Positions 51,004 through 60,451 are shown, counted from the first letter of the stretch. The stretch: DNA of 64,000 nt from an uncultured Lachnospiraceae bacterium (GCA_910588285.1 CAJUQB010000014.1:263-64262), one strand, 5' to 3'. Notes: generated by a model from the sequence alone, not told the origin. A program made the numbers and translations.

Positions 51004-51189
51004 ATGGATCAATTGTCAGAAAAAGAGTTAAACGGTTTGAATGAGCTTCTGAATGAGGAAGAGCTGCTGGTGAAGAAATTTCGGATGCTGGCCACCCACA
51101 GTCAGGATTCAGAGGTAAAGTCGAAATTTGAAGAGATTGCAAACCGGCATCAGGAGCATTTTATGTCCCTGTATTCGCAGCTGCGATAA
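51004..51189 (+). CDS. small helical protein, CotF-like (61 aa)
   Basis: GAAAGGAG precedes the start. The helical-pair pattern L..LL.EE.L..KF..LA....D.E.K..FE.IA..HQ.H resembles the Coat F fold. It is paired with the next gene. Confidence 0.6.
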   Translation: MDQLSEKELNGLNELLNEEELLVKKFRMLATHSQDSEVKSKFEEIANRHQEHFMSLYSQLR

Positions 51190-51244
51190 TTAAGATAAGA
51201 GAGATAATTAAGATAAGTGAGATAAGAAAGATAAGAGAGATCGG
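51187..51244 (+). repeat. six 9-nt GATAAK-NNA repeats (three 18-nt units) between the two coat-like genes
   Basis: Read from 51194: GATAAGAGA GATAATTAA GATAAGTGA GATAAGAAA GATAAGAGA GATCGGAGG. The last unit supplies the RBS of the next gene. Confidence 0.9.
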
Positions 51245-51255
51245 AGGAAGAACAG

Positions 51256-51546
51256 ATGATACAGATGGATCAGACACAGCAGCCGCTCTACTCGGAAAAG
51301 GAAGTATTATCCGATGCGCTGACTGCGGAAAAGACGGCTACAGAGCACTACAATATCTGGGCAAACGAATGTGTGCATGCCAATGTCAGGGATGCCATTC
51401 TCGACTGCCTTGACAAGGAGCATGCCATCCAGCAGGATGTATTTCGGATGATGCATGGCAGGGGATTCTATCCCACACCGGCAGCAGAGATGCAGAAGGT
51501 GGAGGAGGCCAAGCAGAAATTCTCCCAGTGCGCACAGAAGCTTTAA
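51256..51546 (+). CDS. spore coat protein F (Coat F domain)
   Basis: SEKEVLSDALTAEKTATEHYNIWANEC...RDAILDCLDKEH is typical of Coat F/ferritin-like spore coat proteins. Confidence 0.75.
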   Translation: MIQMDQTQQPLYSEKEVLSDALTAEKTATEHYNIWANECVHANVRDAILDCLDKEHAIQQDVFRMMHGRGFYPTPAAEMQKVEEAKQKFSQCAQKL

Positions 51547-51560
51547 ATTTTTGAAATCAT

Positions 51561-51660
51561 AGGATCCTGCCTGGGGCATAAGGGCGAAATCGTGTTGCCA
51601 AAAGCGGCTCTTTGGAACATGAACGGCAATAGAAATAAGCCCCGGGCAGGATTCTTTTCG
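51561..51660 (+). other. long-range 17-bp stem enclosing a branched ~60-nt insert, followed by TTTT
   Basis: aggatcctgcctggggc (51561-77) pairs with gccccgggcaggattct (51639-55), including 2 G-U pairs valid only on the + strand. Inner helices are GUUGCC/GGCAAU and CCAAA/UUUGG. Confidence 0.6.
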
Positions 51661-51668
51661 ATATGGGC

Positions 51669-51697
51669 TTGACGTATGGGGAAAAAATCCGTATTCT
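51669..51697 (+). promoter_or_regulatory. prmA promoter
   Basis: TTGACG, a 17-nt spacer, then TATTCT. Confidence 0.45.
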
Positions 51698-51741
51698 AGT
51701 ACATAGAGATTTTTGTTGCCAGAAAGGAAACGGAAAAAACG

Positions 51742-52695
51742 ATGAAATGGAAAAAATATACCATCAAGACCACCACTCAGGCGGAGGACATCTTAAGCGC
51801 CGCCCTGGCGGAGATCGGGATCTGGGGCGTCCAGATCGAGGATAACGTGCCCCTGTCAGAGGAGGACCGGAAAAAATTATACATTGATTTTCTGCCGGAG
51901 CTTGCGCCGGACGATGGAGTGGCCTACGTGAGCTTTTTTCTGGACAGTGAGGAGGATCAGCAGGAAATCCTTACAGCCGTACAGGAGGAGCTGCAAAGCC
52001 TGCGGGCCTTTACGGATATCGGCGAGGGGACGATAACTACAGACGAGACGGAGGACAAAGACTGGATCAACAACTGGAAGCAGTATTTCAAGTCCTTTTC
52101 CATTGACGATATCTTTATTAAGCCCACCTGGGAGGAGGCGCCGGCAGAGGAGGGCTATTCCTGCATCATTGAGATTGATCCGGGAACCTCCTTTGGGACC
52201 GGGAAGCATGAGACCACACAGCTGGCCATCCGGCAGCTGCGGAAGTATCTAAAGCCGGGAGATCAGGTGCTGGATGTGGGCTGCGGCAGCGGGATTTTGT
52301 CCATTATCAGCCTGAAGCTGGGGGCAGGCCATGTGGTGGGGACAGACGTGGACCCGGAATGCATGAGCTCCACCAGGGAGAATATGGAGGGGAACCACCT
52401 GCCTGCAGAGGCAGGCTGCTTCTATCAGGGCAATCTCATTGATGATACCAATCTGCAGCAGCAGGTGGGCTGTGAGTGCTTTGACATTGTGGTGGCCAAT
52501 ATTCTGGCAGACGTGATCATCCCCATGACCCCTGTGATTCCCAAACGCCTGAAGGCAGGCGGGATCTACATCACCTCAGGAATCATTGATTTCAAGGAGG
52601 AGGCGGTGAAGGAGGCCATTGCAGCAGCAGGCTTCGAGCTTCTGGAGATCGGCCGCCAGGGCGAGTGGGTCAGCGTGACAGCGAGGAAGCAGTGA
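51742..52695 (+). CDS. prmA: ribosomal protein L11 methyltransferase
   Basis: IDPGTSFGTGKHETT and the SAM motif VLDVGCGSGIL are present. Confidence 0.95.
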   Translation: MKWKKYTIKTTTQAEDILSAALAEIGIWGVQIEDNVPLSEEDRKKLYIDFLPELAPDDGVAYVSFFLDSEEDQQEILTAVQEELQSLRAFTDIGEGTITTDETEDKDWINNWKQYFKSFSIDDIFIKPTWEEAPAEEGYSCIIEIDPGTSFGTGKHETTQLAIRQLRKYLKPGDQVLDVGCGSGILSIISLKLGAGHVVGTDVDPECMSSTRENMEGNHLPAEAGCFYQGNLIDDTNLQQQVGCECFDIVVANILADVIIPMTPVIPKRLKAGGIYITSGIIDFKEEAVKEAIAAAGFELLEIGRQGEWVSVTARKQ

Positions 52696-53429
52696 TGCGT
52701 CAGTTTTTTGTAGAATCAGAGCAGGTTGGAGCGGAAACGATTAGGATTGTGGGAGAGGATGCCAGGCATATTGGCCAGGTGCTCCGGATGAAGAGCGGGG
52801 AGCAGCTTAGGGTCAGCGACCGGCAGGGAAGGGACTTCTTCTGCCAGGTAGAGCAGGTGGAGCGGGAGGCAGTGACAGTACGGATCCTGTACCAGGATCA
52901 TGAAAGCCGGGAGCTGCCGGTGAGGATTTCCCTGTTCCAGGGGCTTCCCAAGGGAGACAAGATGGAGCTGGTGATCCAGAAGGCAGTGGAGCTTGGGGTG
53001 TATGAGATCATTCCGGTGGCCATGCGCAATTGTGTGGTGAAGCTGGACGAGAAGAAGGCAGAGGCCAAGGTGAAGCGCTGGAATGGGATCGCGGAGAGTG
53101 CGGCCAAGCAGTCCAGGCGCAGTATTGTCCCGGCAGTGCAGAAGGTAATGAGCTTTGAAGAGGCCTGCCGCTATGCCGAAACCATGGATGTGCGGCTTGT
53201 GCCCTATGAGAATGAGCGGGGCATGGAGCACACCCGCCAGGTCCTTGAGAGCCTGAAGCGGGAGGGCTCCCTGGCAGTATTTATCGGCCCGGAGGGGGGC
53301 TTTGACAAGAAGGAGATTGAAGCAATACGGGGAGAGGCACAGCTGCTGTCATTGGGAAACCGGATTTTGCGGACCGAGACAGCCGGTATGGCCATGCTCT
53401 CCATGCTTCTGTACCGGCTGGAGGAGTAG
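52695..53429 (+). CDS. rsmE: 16S rRNA (uracil1498-N3)-methyltransferase
   Basis: MRQFFV begins in a TGATG overlap with prmA. It has a SPOUT C-terminus (GPEGGF...LGNRILRTETA). Confidence 0.93.
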   Translation: MRQFFVESEQVGAETIRIVGEDARHIGQVLRMKSGEQLRVSDRQGRDFFCQVEQVEREAVTVRILYQDHESRELPVRISLFQGLPKGDKMELVIQKAVELGVYEIIPVAMRNCVVKLDEKKAEAKVKRWNGIAESAAKQSRRSIVPAVQKVMSFEEACRYAETMDVRLVPYENERGMEHTRQVLESLKREGSLAVFIGPEGGFDKKEIEAIRGEAQLLSLGNRILRTETAGMAMLSMLLYRLEE

Positions 53430-53432
53430 TGG

Positions 53433-53514
53433 AAAAGTCAGCGGTCCGGAGGAATCGGCAGTACCAGAAGAATCAGCGGTCCGGAGGAATCGGCAGTACC
53501 GGAAGAATCAGCGG
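53433..53514 (+). repeat. 35-nt tandem repeat x2.3 (sub-period ~17-18 nt)
   Basis: aaRaRtcagcggtccggaggaatcggcagtaccRg occurs at 53433-67 and 53468-502, with a partial third unit running into the nifS-like RBS. Confidence 0.9.
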
Positions 53515-53522
53515 AGGAAGAG

Positions 53523-54677
53523 ATGGAAGTATATTTGGATAATTCAGCTACCACCAGGTGCTCGGACGGCGCCCGGGATATTATGATAAAGGCATTGCAG
53601 GAGGATTACGGCAATACCTCCTCCCTGCATTTGAAGGGACTGGAGGCAGAGCGGTATATCAAAGAGGCCAGGAGCCGGATTGCCCGGACCCTGAAGGTAC
53701 AGGAGAAGGAGCTGATCTTCACCTCCGGGGGAACGGAGGCGGACAACCTGGCTGTTCTTGGGGCGGCGCGGGCCAACAGCAGGGCCGGGAAGCACCTGAT
53801 TACCACCTGTATTGAGCATGCGGCTGTCTCTGCCGCCATGGAAGAGCTTGTCCAGGAAGGGTTTGAGGTCACCTGGCTGGATGTGGACAGCCAGGGCCTG
53901 ATCTCCTTGGAGCAGCTTGGTGCAGCCATACGCCCGGATACGATTCTGGTATCCATGATGTATGTGAACAATGAGATTGGCGCGGTGGAGCCTATTGCCG
54001 AGGCGGCAAAGCTGATCAAGGAGAAAAATCCCCGCACACTGTTCCATGTGGACGCGATTCAGGCTTACGGAAAATACACGATTTACCCGGCAAGGCTGGG
54101 GATTGACCTGCTGGCAGTCAGCGGCCATAAGATCCATGGCCCCAAGGGCGTGGGCTTCCTGTATGCAAAGGACAGGACAAAGCTTCGGCCCCTGATGCTG
54201 GGAGGCGGTCATCAGAACGGGATGCGCTCCGGCACGGAGAATGTGCCGGGGGTGGCTGGCCTTGGGGTGGCAGCCCAGGAGGCTTATCAGAATCTGGATG
54301 AGAAGCGGGAGCAGCTCTATCAGCTGCGGGAGGCCTTGATCCGGGGTCTGGAGGGCCTGGAGTGGGCGCATATCAACGGGCCCCTGGACCGGACCGCAGC
54401 GCCACAGATTGTCAGCGTCAGCTTTGACAGGGTGCGCAGCGAGGTGCTGCTCCATGCCCTGGAGGAGCGGGGGATCTATGCTTCGGCCGGAAGCGCCTGC
54501 TCCTCCAACAAGCCGGCAGTGTGCAGGACATTAAAGAGCATAGGCCTGAATCCGCGGTATCTGGACAGCACCCTGCGTTTTTCCTTCAGCGTGGAGAATA
54601 CCCTGGAGGAGATTGCCTACACCGTAAAAACACTGCAGGAGCTGGTTCCCATGCTGATGAAATATACAAGACATTGA
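53523..54677 (+). CDS. cysteine desulfurase (NifS/NifZ/IscS class)
   Basis: The PLP lysine lies in SGHKIHGPKG and the catalytic Cys in SAGSACSS. Pairing with thiI resembles B. subtilis nifZ-thiI. Confidence 0.93.
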   Translation: MEVYLDNSATTRCSDGARDIMIKALQEDYGNTSSLHLKGLEAERYIKEARSRIARTLKVQEKELIFTSGGTEADNLAVLGAARANSRAGKHLITTCIEHAAVSAAMEELVQEGFEVTWLDVDSQGLISLEQLGAAIRPDTILVSMMYVNNEIGAVEPIAEAAKLIKEKNPRTLFHVDAIQAYGKYTIYPARLGIDLLAVSGHKIHGPKGVGFLYAKDRTKLRPLMLGGGHQNGMRSGTENVPGVAGLGVAAQEAYQNLDEKREQLYQLREALIRGLEGLEWAHINGPLDRTAAPQIVSVSFDRVRSEVLLHALEERGIYASAGSACSSNKPAVCRTLKSIGLNPRYLDSTLRFSFSVENTLEEIAYTVKTLQELVPMLMKYTRH

Positions 54678-54690
54678 GAAGGAGAGACGT

Positions 54691-55869
54691 ATGCTACATA
54701 CATTTTTGATAAAATACGGAGAAATCGCGATCAAGGGAAAGAACCGCCATCTGTTTGAGGATGCGCTGATCCATCAGATCAAATATGCCCTGAAGCCCCT
54801 GGAGGGGGAGTTTCTGATCACCAAGGAGCAGGGGCGCATCTATGTGGAGGCTCAGACCGACTTTGACTATGAGGAGACGGTGGAGCGTCTGACCCATGTG
54901 TTTGGCATTGTGGGCATCTGCCCGGTGGTGCAGCTTACGGATGAGGGCTTTGAGAAGCTTGCCCAGGATGTGATCGCTTATCTGAAGGAGCGGTATGAGG
55001 GTCAGGAGCTGACCTTCAAGGTTCATGCCCGCCGGGCCAGGAAGGATTACCCCATAGAATCCATGGAGCTCAATGCTCTGCTGGGCGGGCGGATCTTAGA
55101 GGCCTTCCCCAAAATGCGGGTGGATGTGCATAAGCCCCAGCTGATGCTGAACATTGAGATTCGAAAGCAGATTCATATCTATTCCGAGGTGATCCCGGGC
55201 CCCGGAGGCATGCCGGTGGGAACCAATGGCAAGGGCATGCTCCTTCTGTCCGGAGGCATCGACAGCCCGGTGGCAGGCTATATGATTGCCAAGCGGGGAG
55301 TAAAAATCGACGCCACGTATTTTCATGCGCCGCCTTATACCAGCGAACGGGCGAAGGAGAAGGTCATTGACCTGGCGCGGATTGTGGCTAGATATACAGG
55401 GCCCATTTACCTGAATATTGTGAATTTTACGGATATCCAGCTCCATATCTATGAGACGTGTCCCCATGAGGAGCTTACCATTATCATGAGACGGTATATG
55501 ATGAAGATTGCGGAGCATTTTGCCAAGGAGACGGGAAGCCTGGGACTCATTACCGGAGAGAGCATCGGCCAGGTGGCCAGCCAGACCATGCAGTCCCTGG
55601 CCGCTACCAACGAGGTGTGTACCCTGCCGGTATACCGGCCCTTGATCGGCTTTGACAAGCAGGAGATCATTGACGTGTCGGAGCGGATCGGGACCTATGA
55701 GACCTCCATTCTGCCCTATGAGGACTGCTGTACGATCTTTGTGGCCAAGCATCCGGTGACAAAGCCGAATTTGAATATCATCAAGCGCTCGGAGCAGAAG
55801 CTGGGGGAACGGATGAAGGAGCTGGTGAAGACAGCCATTGAGACCGTGGAGACGATTGTTGTGGAGTAA
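54691..55869 (+). CDS. thiI: tRNA 4-thiouridine synthase ThiI (no rhodanese domain)
   Basis: It has THUMP and PP-loop (SGGIDSPVA) motifs. Confidence 0.95.
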   Translation: MLHTFLIKYGEIAIKGKNRHLFEDALIHQIKYALKPLEGEFLITKEQGRIYVEAQTDFDYEETVERLTHVFGIVGICPVVQLTDEGFEKLAQDVIAYLKERYEGQELTFKVHARRARKDYPIESMELNALLGGRILEAFPKMRVDVHKPQLMLNIEIRKQIHIYSEVIPGPGGMPVGTNGKGMLLLSGGIDSPVAGYMIAKRGVKIDATYFHAPPYTSERAKEKVIDLARIVARYTGPIYLNIVNFTDIQLHIYETCPHEELTIIMRRYMMKIAEHFAKETGSLGLITGESIGQVASQTMQSLAATNEVCTLPVYRPLIGFDKQEIIDVSERIGTYETSILPYEDCCTIFVAKHPVTKPNLNIIKRSEQKLGERMKELVKTAIETVETIVVE

Positions 55870-55905
55870 AACCAGGGGCAGGATTTAGACAGGTAAGACG
55901 TAAAT

Positions 55906-55930
55906 ATCCCCCGGCAGCAGGCCGGGGGAT
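55906..55930. terminator. hairpin between convergent thiI and HPr-like gene
   Basis: atcccccggc-agcag-gccgggggat, with weak U-tracts. Confidence 0.5.
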
Positions 55931-55962
55931 GTATGATGTACGTGCGCAGGTTCCGGTAAGTA

Positions 55963-56199
55963 TTATTTCTGGATTAAGTAGGGCTTGAGCACCTCCAGAA
56001 TCTCTTCCATGTTGGCCTCGGAATGGATCGCCAGGTCAATGGGCTTGGACAGATCCAGACTGAAGATGCCCATGATGGACTTGGCATCAATCACATATCT
56101 GCCGGAGATCAGGTCGAAATCATAGTCAAACTGAGTAATGGTGTTCACAAAGGACTTTACCCGGTCGATGGAATTCAGAGAAATTTGTACTGTTTTCAT
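55963..56199 (-). CDS. HPr-fold protein lacking the His15 site (78 aa)
   Basis: DAKSIMGIFSLDL matches the HPr Ser46 region, but the GLHARPA/His15 region is absent (SLNSIDRVKSFV). Confidence 0.7.
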   Translation of the reverse strand: MKTVQISLNSIDRVKSFVNTITQFDYDFDLISGRYVIDAKSIMGIFSLDLSKPIDLAIHSEANMEEILEVLKPYLIQK

Positions 56200-56316
56200 T
56201 ATAAAAACCTCCTTAAGAAAATTGTTTTATGCTAGCTCTTTTGTATATGATAATTGTCTTAAATTCATACTAACGTTTTTGGAAGAAAAAGTCAATAGGG
56301 GGATCAGGGAGAATCT

Positions 56317-57669
56317 ATGAAAAAAGCAGCGTTACATAATTTGGGGTGCAAGGTGAATGCCTATGAAACAGAGGCAATGCAGCAGCTTCTGGAGGAGGCG
56401 GGATATGAGATTGTACCTTTTTTTGAACAAGCGGACGTCTATGTGATTAATACCTGCTCTGTGACGAACCTGGCGGACCGGAAGTCGCGGCAGATGCTGC
56501 ACCGGGCGAAAAAGCAGAATCCGGACAGTATTGTGGTGGCAGCGGGCTGCTACGTGCAGACAGCCGGCGAGCAGGCCGGGGCGGATCCTGCCATTGATAT
56601 TCTCATTGGAAACAACCGGAAGCATGAGCTGCCCGGGCTGCTGGCAGAATATGAAAGGGACATGCAGGCAGGGAAGCGTGTTCTGCGCAGGGAGGTTGTT
56701 GATATCAATGACACCGGGGCGGCCGGGGGATATGAGAGCCTGGCCATCCGGCGCACGGCGGAGCATACCCGGGCCTTTGTGAAGATTCAGGACGGGTGCG
56801 ACCAGTTCTGCAGCTACTGCATCATTCCCTATGCCAGGGGACGTGTCAGAAGCCGCAGCCGCAGCGATCTGCTAAAGGAGATAAGAGCACTGGCCCAAAA
56901 CGGCTATCAGGAGGTGGTGCTTACCGGGATCCATCTGAGCTCCTACGGCGCAGATACCGGGGACAGCCTGCTGTCCCTGATAGAGGAGATTCATAAGCTT
57001 CCCGGGATTAGCCGGATCCGGCTGGGCTCCCTGGAGCCGAAGATTGTCACCGAGGAATTTGCCCGGGCCCTGTCTGTCCTTCCCAAGGTCTGCCCACATT
57101 TTCACCTGTCTCTTCAGAGCGGCTGCGACGAGACGCTGCGGCGGATGAACCGGAAATATTCCTGTGAGGAATACCGGCAGGGCTGCGGCTATCTGAGGAA
57201 CTATTTTGACCATCCGGCCCTCACCACGGATATCATTGTGGGCTTTCCGGGGGAGACGGAGGAGGAATTTGCGGCTACCAGGAGATTTTTACAGGAAATT
57301 GCATTTTTTGAGGTACACATTTTCAAATATTCCGTCCGCAGGGGAACGAGGGCAGCCGGTATGGAAGGGCAGATTCCCGAGCAGGTAAAGGCGGAGCGCA
57401 GCAGTATTTTGTTTGGAGATACAGAGCCCATGAGCCAAAGCTTTGCGGCCTGGTATCTGGGAAAAACCCTGGAAATCCTGGTGGAGGAGCGGATTCAATT
57501 GGCGGACGGGGAATATTACACAGGGCATACGCCGGAGTATATCCGGGTGGAAATTCCTGTTTTTGAAGGGGACGGCCAGATCAACCGGGTGGTAAAATGC
57601 AGGGCTGAGAGCCTGACGGAAAATCATATTTTACGGTGTCGACCCATTTTGACAGAAAATATGGATTGA
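56317..57669 (+). CDS. mtaB: tRNA ms2t6A methylthiotransferase MtaB
   Basis: It has the UPF0004 N-terminal Cys residues, the radical-SAM motif CDQFCSYC and a TRAM-like C-terminus. Confidence 0.9.
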   Translation: MKKAALHNLGCKVNAYETEAMQQLLEEAGYEIVPFFEQADVYVINTCSVTNLADRKSRQMLHRAKKQNPDSIVVAAGCYVQTAGEQAGADPAIDILIGNNRKHELPGLLAEYERDMQAGKRVLRREVVDINDTGAAGGYESLAIRRTAEHTRAFVKIQDGCDQFCSYCIIPYARGRVRSRSRSDLLKEIRALAQNGYQEVVLTGIHLSSYGADTGDSLLSLIEEIHKLPGISRIRLGSLEPKIVTEEFARALSVLPKVCPHFHLSLQSGCDETLRRMNRKYSCEEYRQGCGYLRNYFDHPALTTDIIVGFPGETEEEFAATRRFLQEIAFFEVHIFKYSVRRGTRAAGMEGQIPEQVKAERSSILFGDTEPMSQSFAAWYLGKTLEILVEERIQLADGEYYTGHTPEYIRVEIPVFEGDGQINRVVKCRAESLTENHILRCRPILTENMD

Positions 57670-57742
57670 ATTTTGGAATCATTTATATTAAAATAGAAAT
57701 AGAATGACAAAAGCACGAAAGAGCTAAGAACTGGGGCGTGAA

Positions 57743-58009
57743 ATGATGCAGGATAAAAGTAACACACAATATTTCAGAGTGGAGACAGAAAAACAGATTA
57801 AGGTAGGCGAGGTGCTGGAGCTTGTGTACAGCGCACTGCGGGAAAAGGGCTATAACCCGGTCAACCAGATTGTGGGTTACATTATATCCGGCGATCCAAC
57901 CTATATTACCAGCCATAAGAATGCCAGGAGCCTGATTATGAAGGTGGAGCGTGACGAGTTGGTGGAAGAGATTTTTGAACAGTATATCAAGAATAATTCC
58001 TGGGAATAA
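57743..58009 (+). CDS. ireB: IreB-family regulatory phosphoprotein (UPF0297)
   Basis: [23 protein letters not shown] is present. Confidence 0.88.
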   Translation: MMQDKSNTQYFRVETEKQIKVGEVLELVYSALREKGYNPVNQIVGYIISGDPTYITSHKNARSLIMKVERDELVEEIFEQYIKNNSWE

Positions 58010-58021
58010 TGGAGGAATCAT

Positions 58022-58453
58022 ATGCGTATTATGGGGTTGGATTTCGGCTCTAAGACAGTAGGCGTGGCGATCAGTGATGCCTTGAAGCTGACGGCTCAGG
58101 GAATTGAGATTATTCGGAGGCAGTCACCGGGAAAGCTTCGCCAGACATTGGCGCGGATTGAAGCATTGATCCACGAGTATGAGGTGGAGGAGATTGTACT
58201 GGGATATCCCCGGAATATGAATTATTCCGAGGGAGAGCGCTGTGAGCGCACCCGGGAATTCCAGGAGATGCTTCACAGAAGGACCGGCCTTCCAGTTGTT
58301 CTCTGGGACGAACGCCTGACTACGGTGGAGGCGGAGCGTACCATGATGGAGGGGCGGATCCGAAGAGAGAATCGGAAGGAGTATGTGGACAAGCTTGCAG
58401 CTGTCTTTATTCTGCAGGGCTATCTGGATTCCCTGAGCAGGAAGCAGCTGTGA
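58022..58453 (+). CDS. ruvX: YqgF/RuvX putative pre-16S rRNA nuclease
   Basis: [19 protein letters not shown] and ...DERLTT are present. Confidence 0.93.
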   Translation: MRIMGLDFGSKTVGVAISDALKLTAQGIEIIRRQSPGKLRQTLARIEALIHEYEVEEIVLGYPRNMNYSEGERCERTREFQEMLHRRTGLPVVLWDERLTTVEAERTMMEGRIRRENRKEYVDKLAAVFILQGYLDSLSRKQL

Positions 58454-58475
58454 GAAGCAGGAAGAAAGGAAGAGA

Positions 58476-58736
58476 ATGGAAAAGGTTAAATTTCAGGTGC
58501 CGGACACAGAGGAGACGGCAGATTTTTTTGTGGTGGAACAAACGCGGATCAACGGTGTGGATTACCTTCTGGTAACAGAGGAGGAGGACGGAGATTGTGA
58601 TGCGTATATTTTAAAGGATATTTCCGGCCAACAGGAGACGGAGGCCATCTATGAGATGGTGGAGACAGAGGAGGAGTTGGAGGCGCTCTCCAAGGTGTTT
58701 GCCTCCCTGCTGGAGGACGTGGATATCTATTCTTAG
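58476..58736 (+). CDS. DUF1292 family protein
   Basis: It is a small acidic protein in the conserved ireB-ruvX-DUF1292 trio (yrzL-yrrK-yrzB in B. subtilis). Confidence 0.8.
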   Translation: MEKVKFQVPDTEETADFFVVEQTRINGVDYLLVTEEEDGDCDAYILKDISGQQETEAIYEMVETEEELEALSKVFASLLEDVDIYS

Positions 58737-58786
58737 AAATGAAAAGAGATGAAAATAATGACCGAGATAATTTACGGAGGTGCAAT

Positions 58787-60451
58787 TTGAAAAAAGAAAA
58801 AAACTCAAAATTGAAAATCATTCCCCTGGGCGGATTGGAGCAGATCGGAATGAATATAACTGCCTTTGAATATGAAGACAGTATTATCGTTGTGGACTGC
58901 GGCCTGTCCTTTCCGGAGGATGATATGCTGGGAATTGACCTGGTGGTTCCGGATATCACATATCTGAAGAATAATCTGGAGCGTGTCAAGGGCTTCTTCA
59001 TCACCCATGGCCATGAGGATCACATCGGCGCCATTCCCTATGTACTGCGGGAGATCAACGTGCCGGTGTACGCCACCAAGCTGACCATTGGGATCATTGA
59101 GCATAAGCTGCGGGAGCATAACATGCTCACCAAGGTAAAGCGCAAGGTAGTAAAATACGGACAGCACATCAACCTGGGATGCTTCCGGGTAGAATTTATC
59201 CGCACCAACCACAGTATTGCGGATGCGGCTGCCCTGGCCATCTATTCCCCGGCGGGAACCGTGGTGCACACCGGAGATTTTAAGGTGGACTATACACCGG
59301 TATTCGGAGGGGCCATTGACCTGCAGCGCTTTGGGGAGCTGGGCAAAAAGGGCGTGCTGGCGCTGATGTGCGACAGTACCAATGCGGAGCGTCCGGGGCA
59401 TACCAGCTCGGAGCGGACTGTGGGAAGAACCTTTGACAACCTGTTTGCAGACCATGCCAACAGCAGGATCATTGTCGCCACCTTTGCCTCCAATGTGGAC
59501 CGTGTACAGCAGATTATCAATTCTGCCTACAAATATAAGCGCAAGGTAGTAGTAGAAGGCCGCAGCATGGTGAATATCATCAGTATAGCCGCAGAGCTGG
59601 GGTATTTGAAGATTCCGGACAATACGCTCATTGATATTGAACAGGTTCGGAATTATCCGGCGGAACAGACCGTACTGATTACCACAGGAAGCCAGGGGGA
59701 ATCCATGGCAGCGCTGTCGCGTATGGCAGCCAATCTTCATAAGAAGGTTACGATCCAGCCCGGGGATACGGTTATTTTCAGCTCCAATCCCATTCCGGGC
59801 AATGAGAAAGCAGTGTCCCGGGTGATCAATGAGCTGTCCATGAAGGGGGCAAATGTGATTTTCCAGGACGCCCATGTATCGGGACATGCCTGTCAGGAGG
59901 ATATCAAGCTGATCTATTCGCTGGTTCGCCCCAAATACGCAATTCCGGTCCATGGAGAATACCGCCATCTGAAGGCCCAGGCAAGGATTGCAGAGGAGCT
60001 GGGCATTGAGAAGGAGAATATATTCGTTCTGTCCTCCGGCGATGTGCTGGAGCTGGATGAGAAGGGCGCGGCTGTCACCGGTGAAGTACCGGTGGGAGAC
60101 GTACTGGTGGATGGCCTCGGTGTGGGCGATGTGGGCAACATTGTGCTCCGCGACCGTCAGCACCTGGCAGAGGACGGCATCATTGTTGTGGTGCTCACCT
60201 TAGAGGCGGGCAGCGGACAGGTGCTGGCCGGCCCGGATATTGTAACCCGTGGGTTTGTGTATGTGAGAGGCTCCGAGAGCTTGATGGACGAGGCACATCA
60301 GGTGCTGGAGGACACGGTGGAGCACTGCATGGCTAAGAATATTACCGACTGGGGGAAGATCAAGACAGAGATCAAGGATTCCCTGGGAGAGTTCGTGTGG
60401 CGCAAAACAAAACGCAGACCAATGATCATGCCAATTATAATGGAAGTGTAG
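58787..60451 (+). CDS. rnj: ribonuclease J
   Basis: LKIIPLGGLEQIGMN and HGHEDHIG are present. I prefer the TTG start at 58787, 6 nt after GGAGGTG, to the track ATG at 58739. Confidence 0.93.
   Translation: MKKEKNSKLKIIPLGGLEQIGMNITAFEYEDSIIVVDCGLSFPEDDMLGIDLVVPDITYLKNNLERVKGFFITHGHEDHIGAIPYVLREINVPVYATKLTIGIIEHKLREHNMLTKVKRKVVKYGQHINLGCFRVEFIRTNHSIADAAALAIYSPAGTVVHTGDFKVDYTPVFGGAIDLQRFGELGKKGVLALMCDSTNAERPGHTSSERTVGRTFDNLFADHANSRIIVATFASNVDRVQQIINSAYKYKRKVVVEGRSMVNIISIAAELGYLKIPDNTLIDIEQVRNYPAEQTVLITTGSQGESMAALSRMAANLHKKVTIQPGDTVIFSSNPIPGNEKAVSRVINELSMKGANVIFQDAHVSGHACQEDIKLIYSLVRPKYAIPVHGEYRHLKAQARIAEELGIEKENIFVLSSGDVLELDEKGAAVTGEVPVGDVLVDGLGVGDVGNIVLRDRQHLAEDGIIVVVLTLEAGSGQVLAGPDIVTRGFVYVRGSESLMDEAHQVLEDTVEHCMAKNITDWGKIKTEIKDSLGEFVWRKTKRRPMIMPIIMEV

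Noticed and set aside
53427-53429. Programmed TAG read-through or genetic-code reassignment linking rsmE to the desulfurase.
   Set aside because: TAG terminates several clearly complete genes in this window (the ABC subunit at 3932, copA, argJ, grpE), so reassignment is unlikely. It is retained only as a low-probability fusion/read-through observation.
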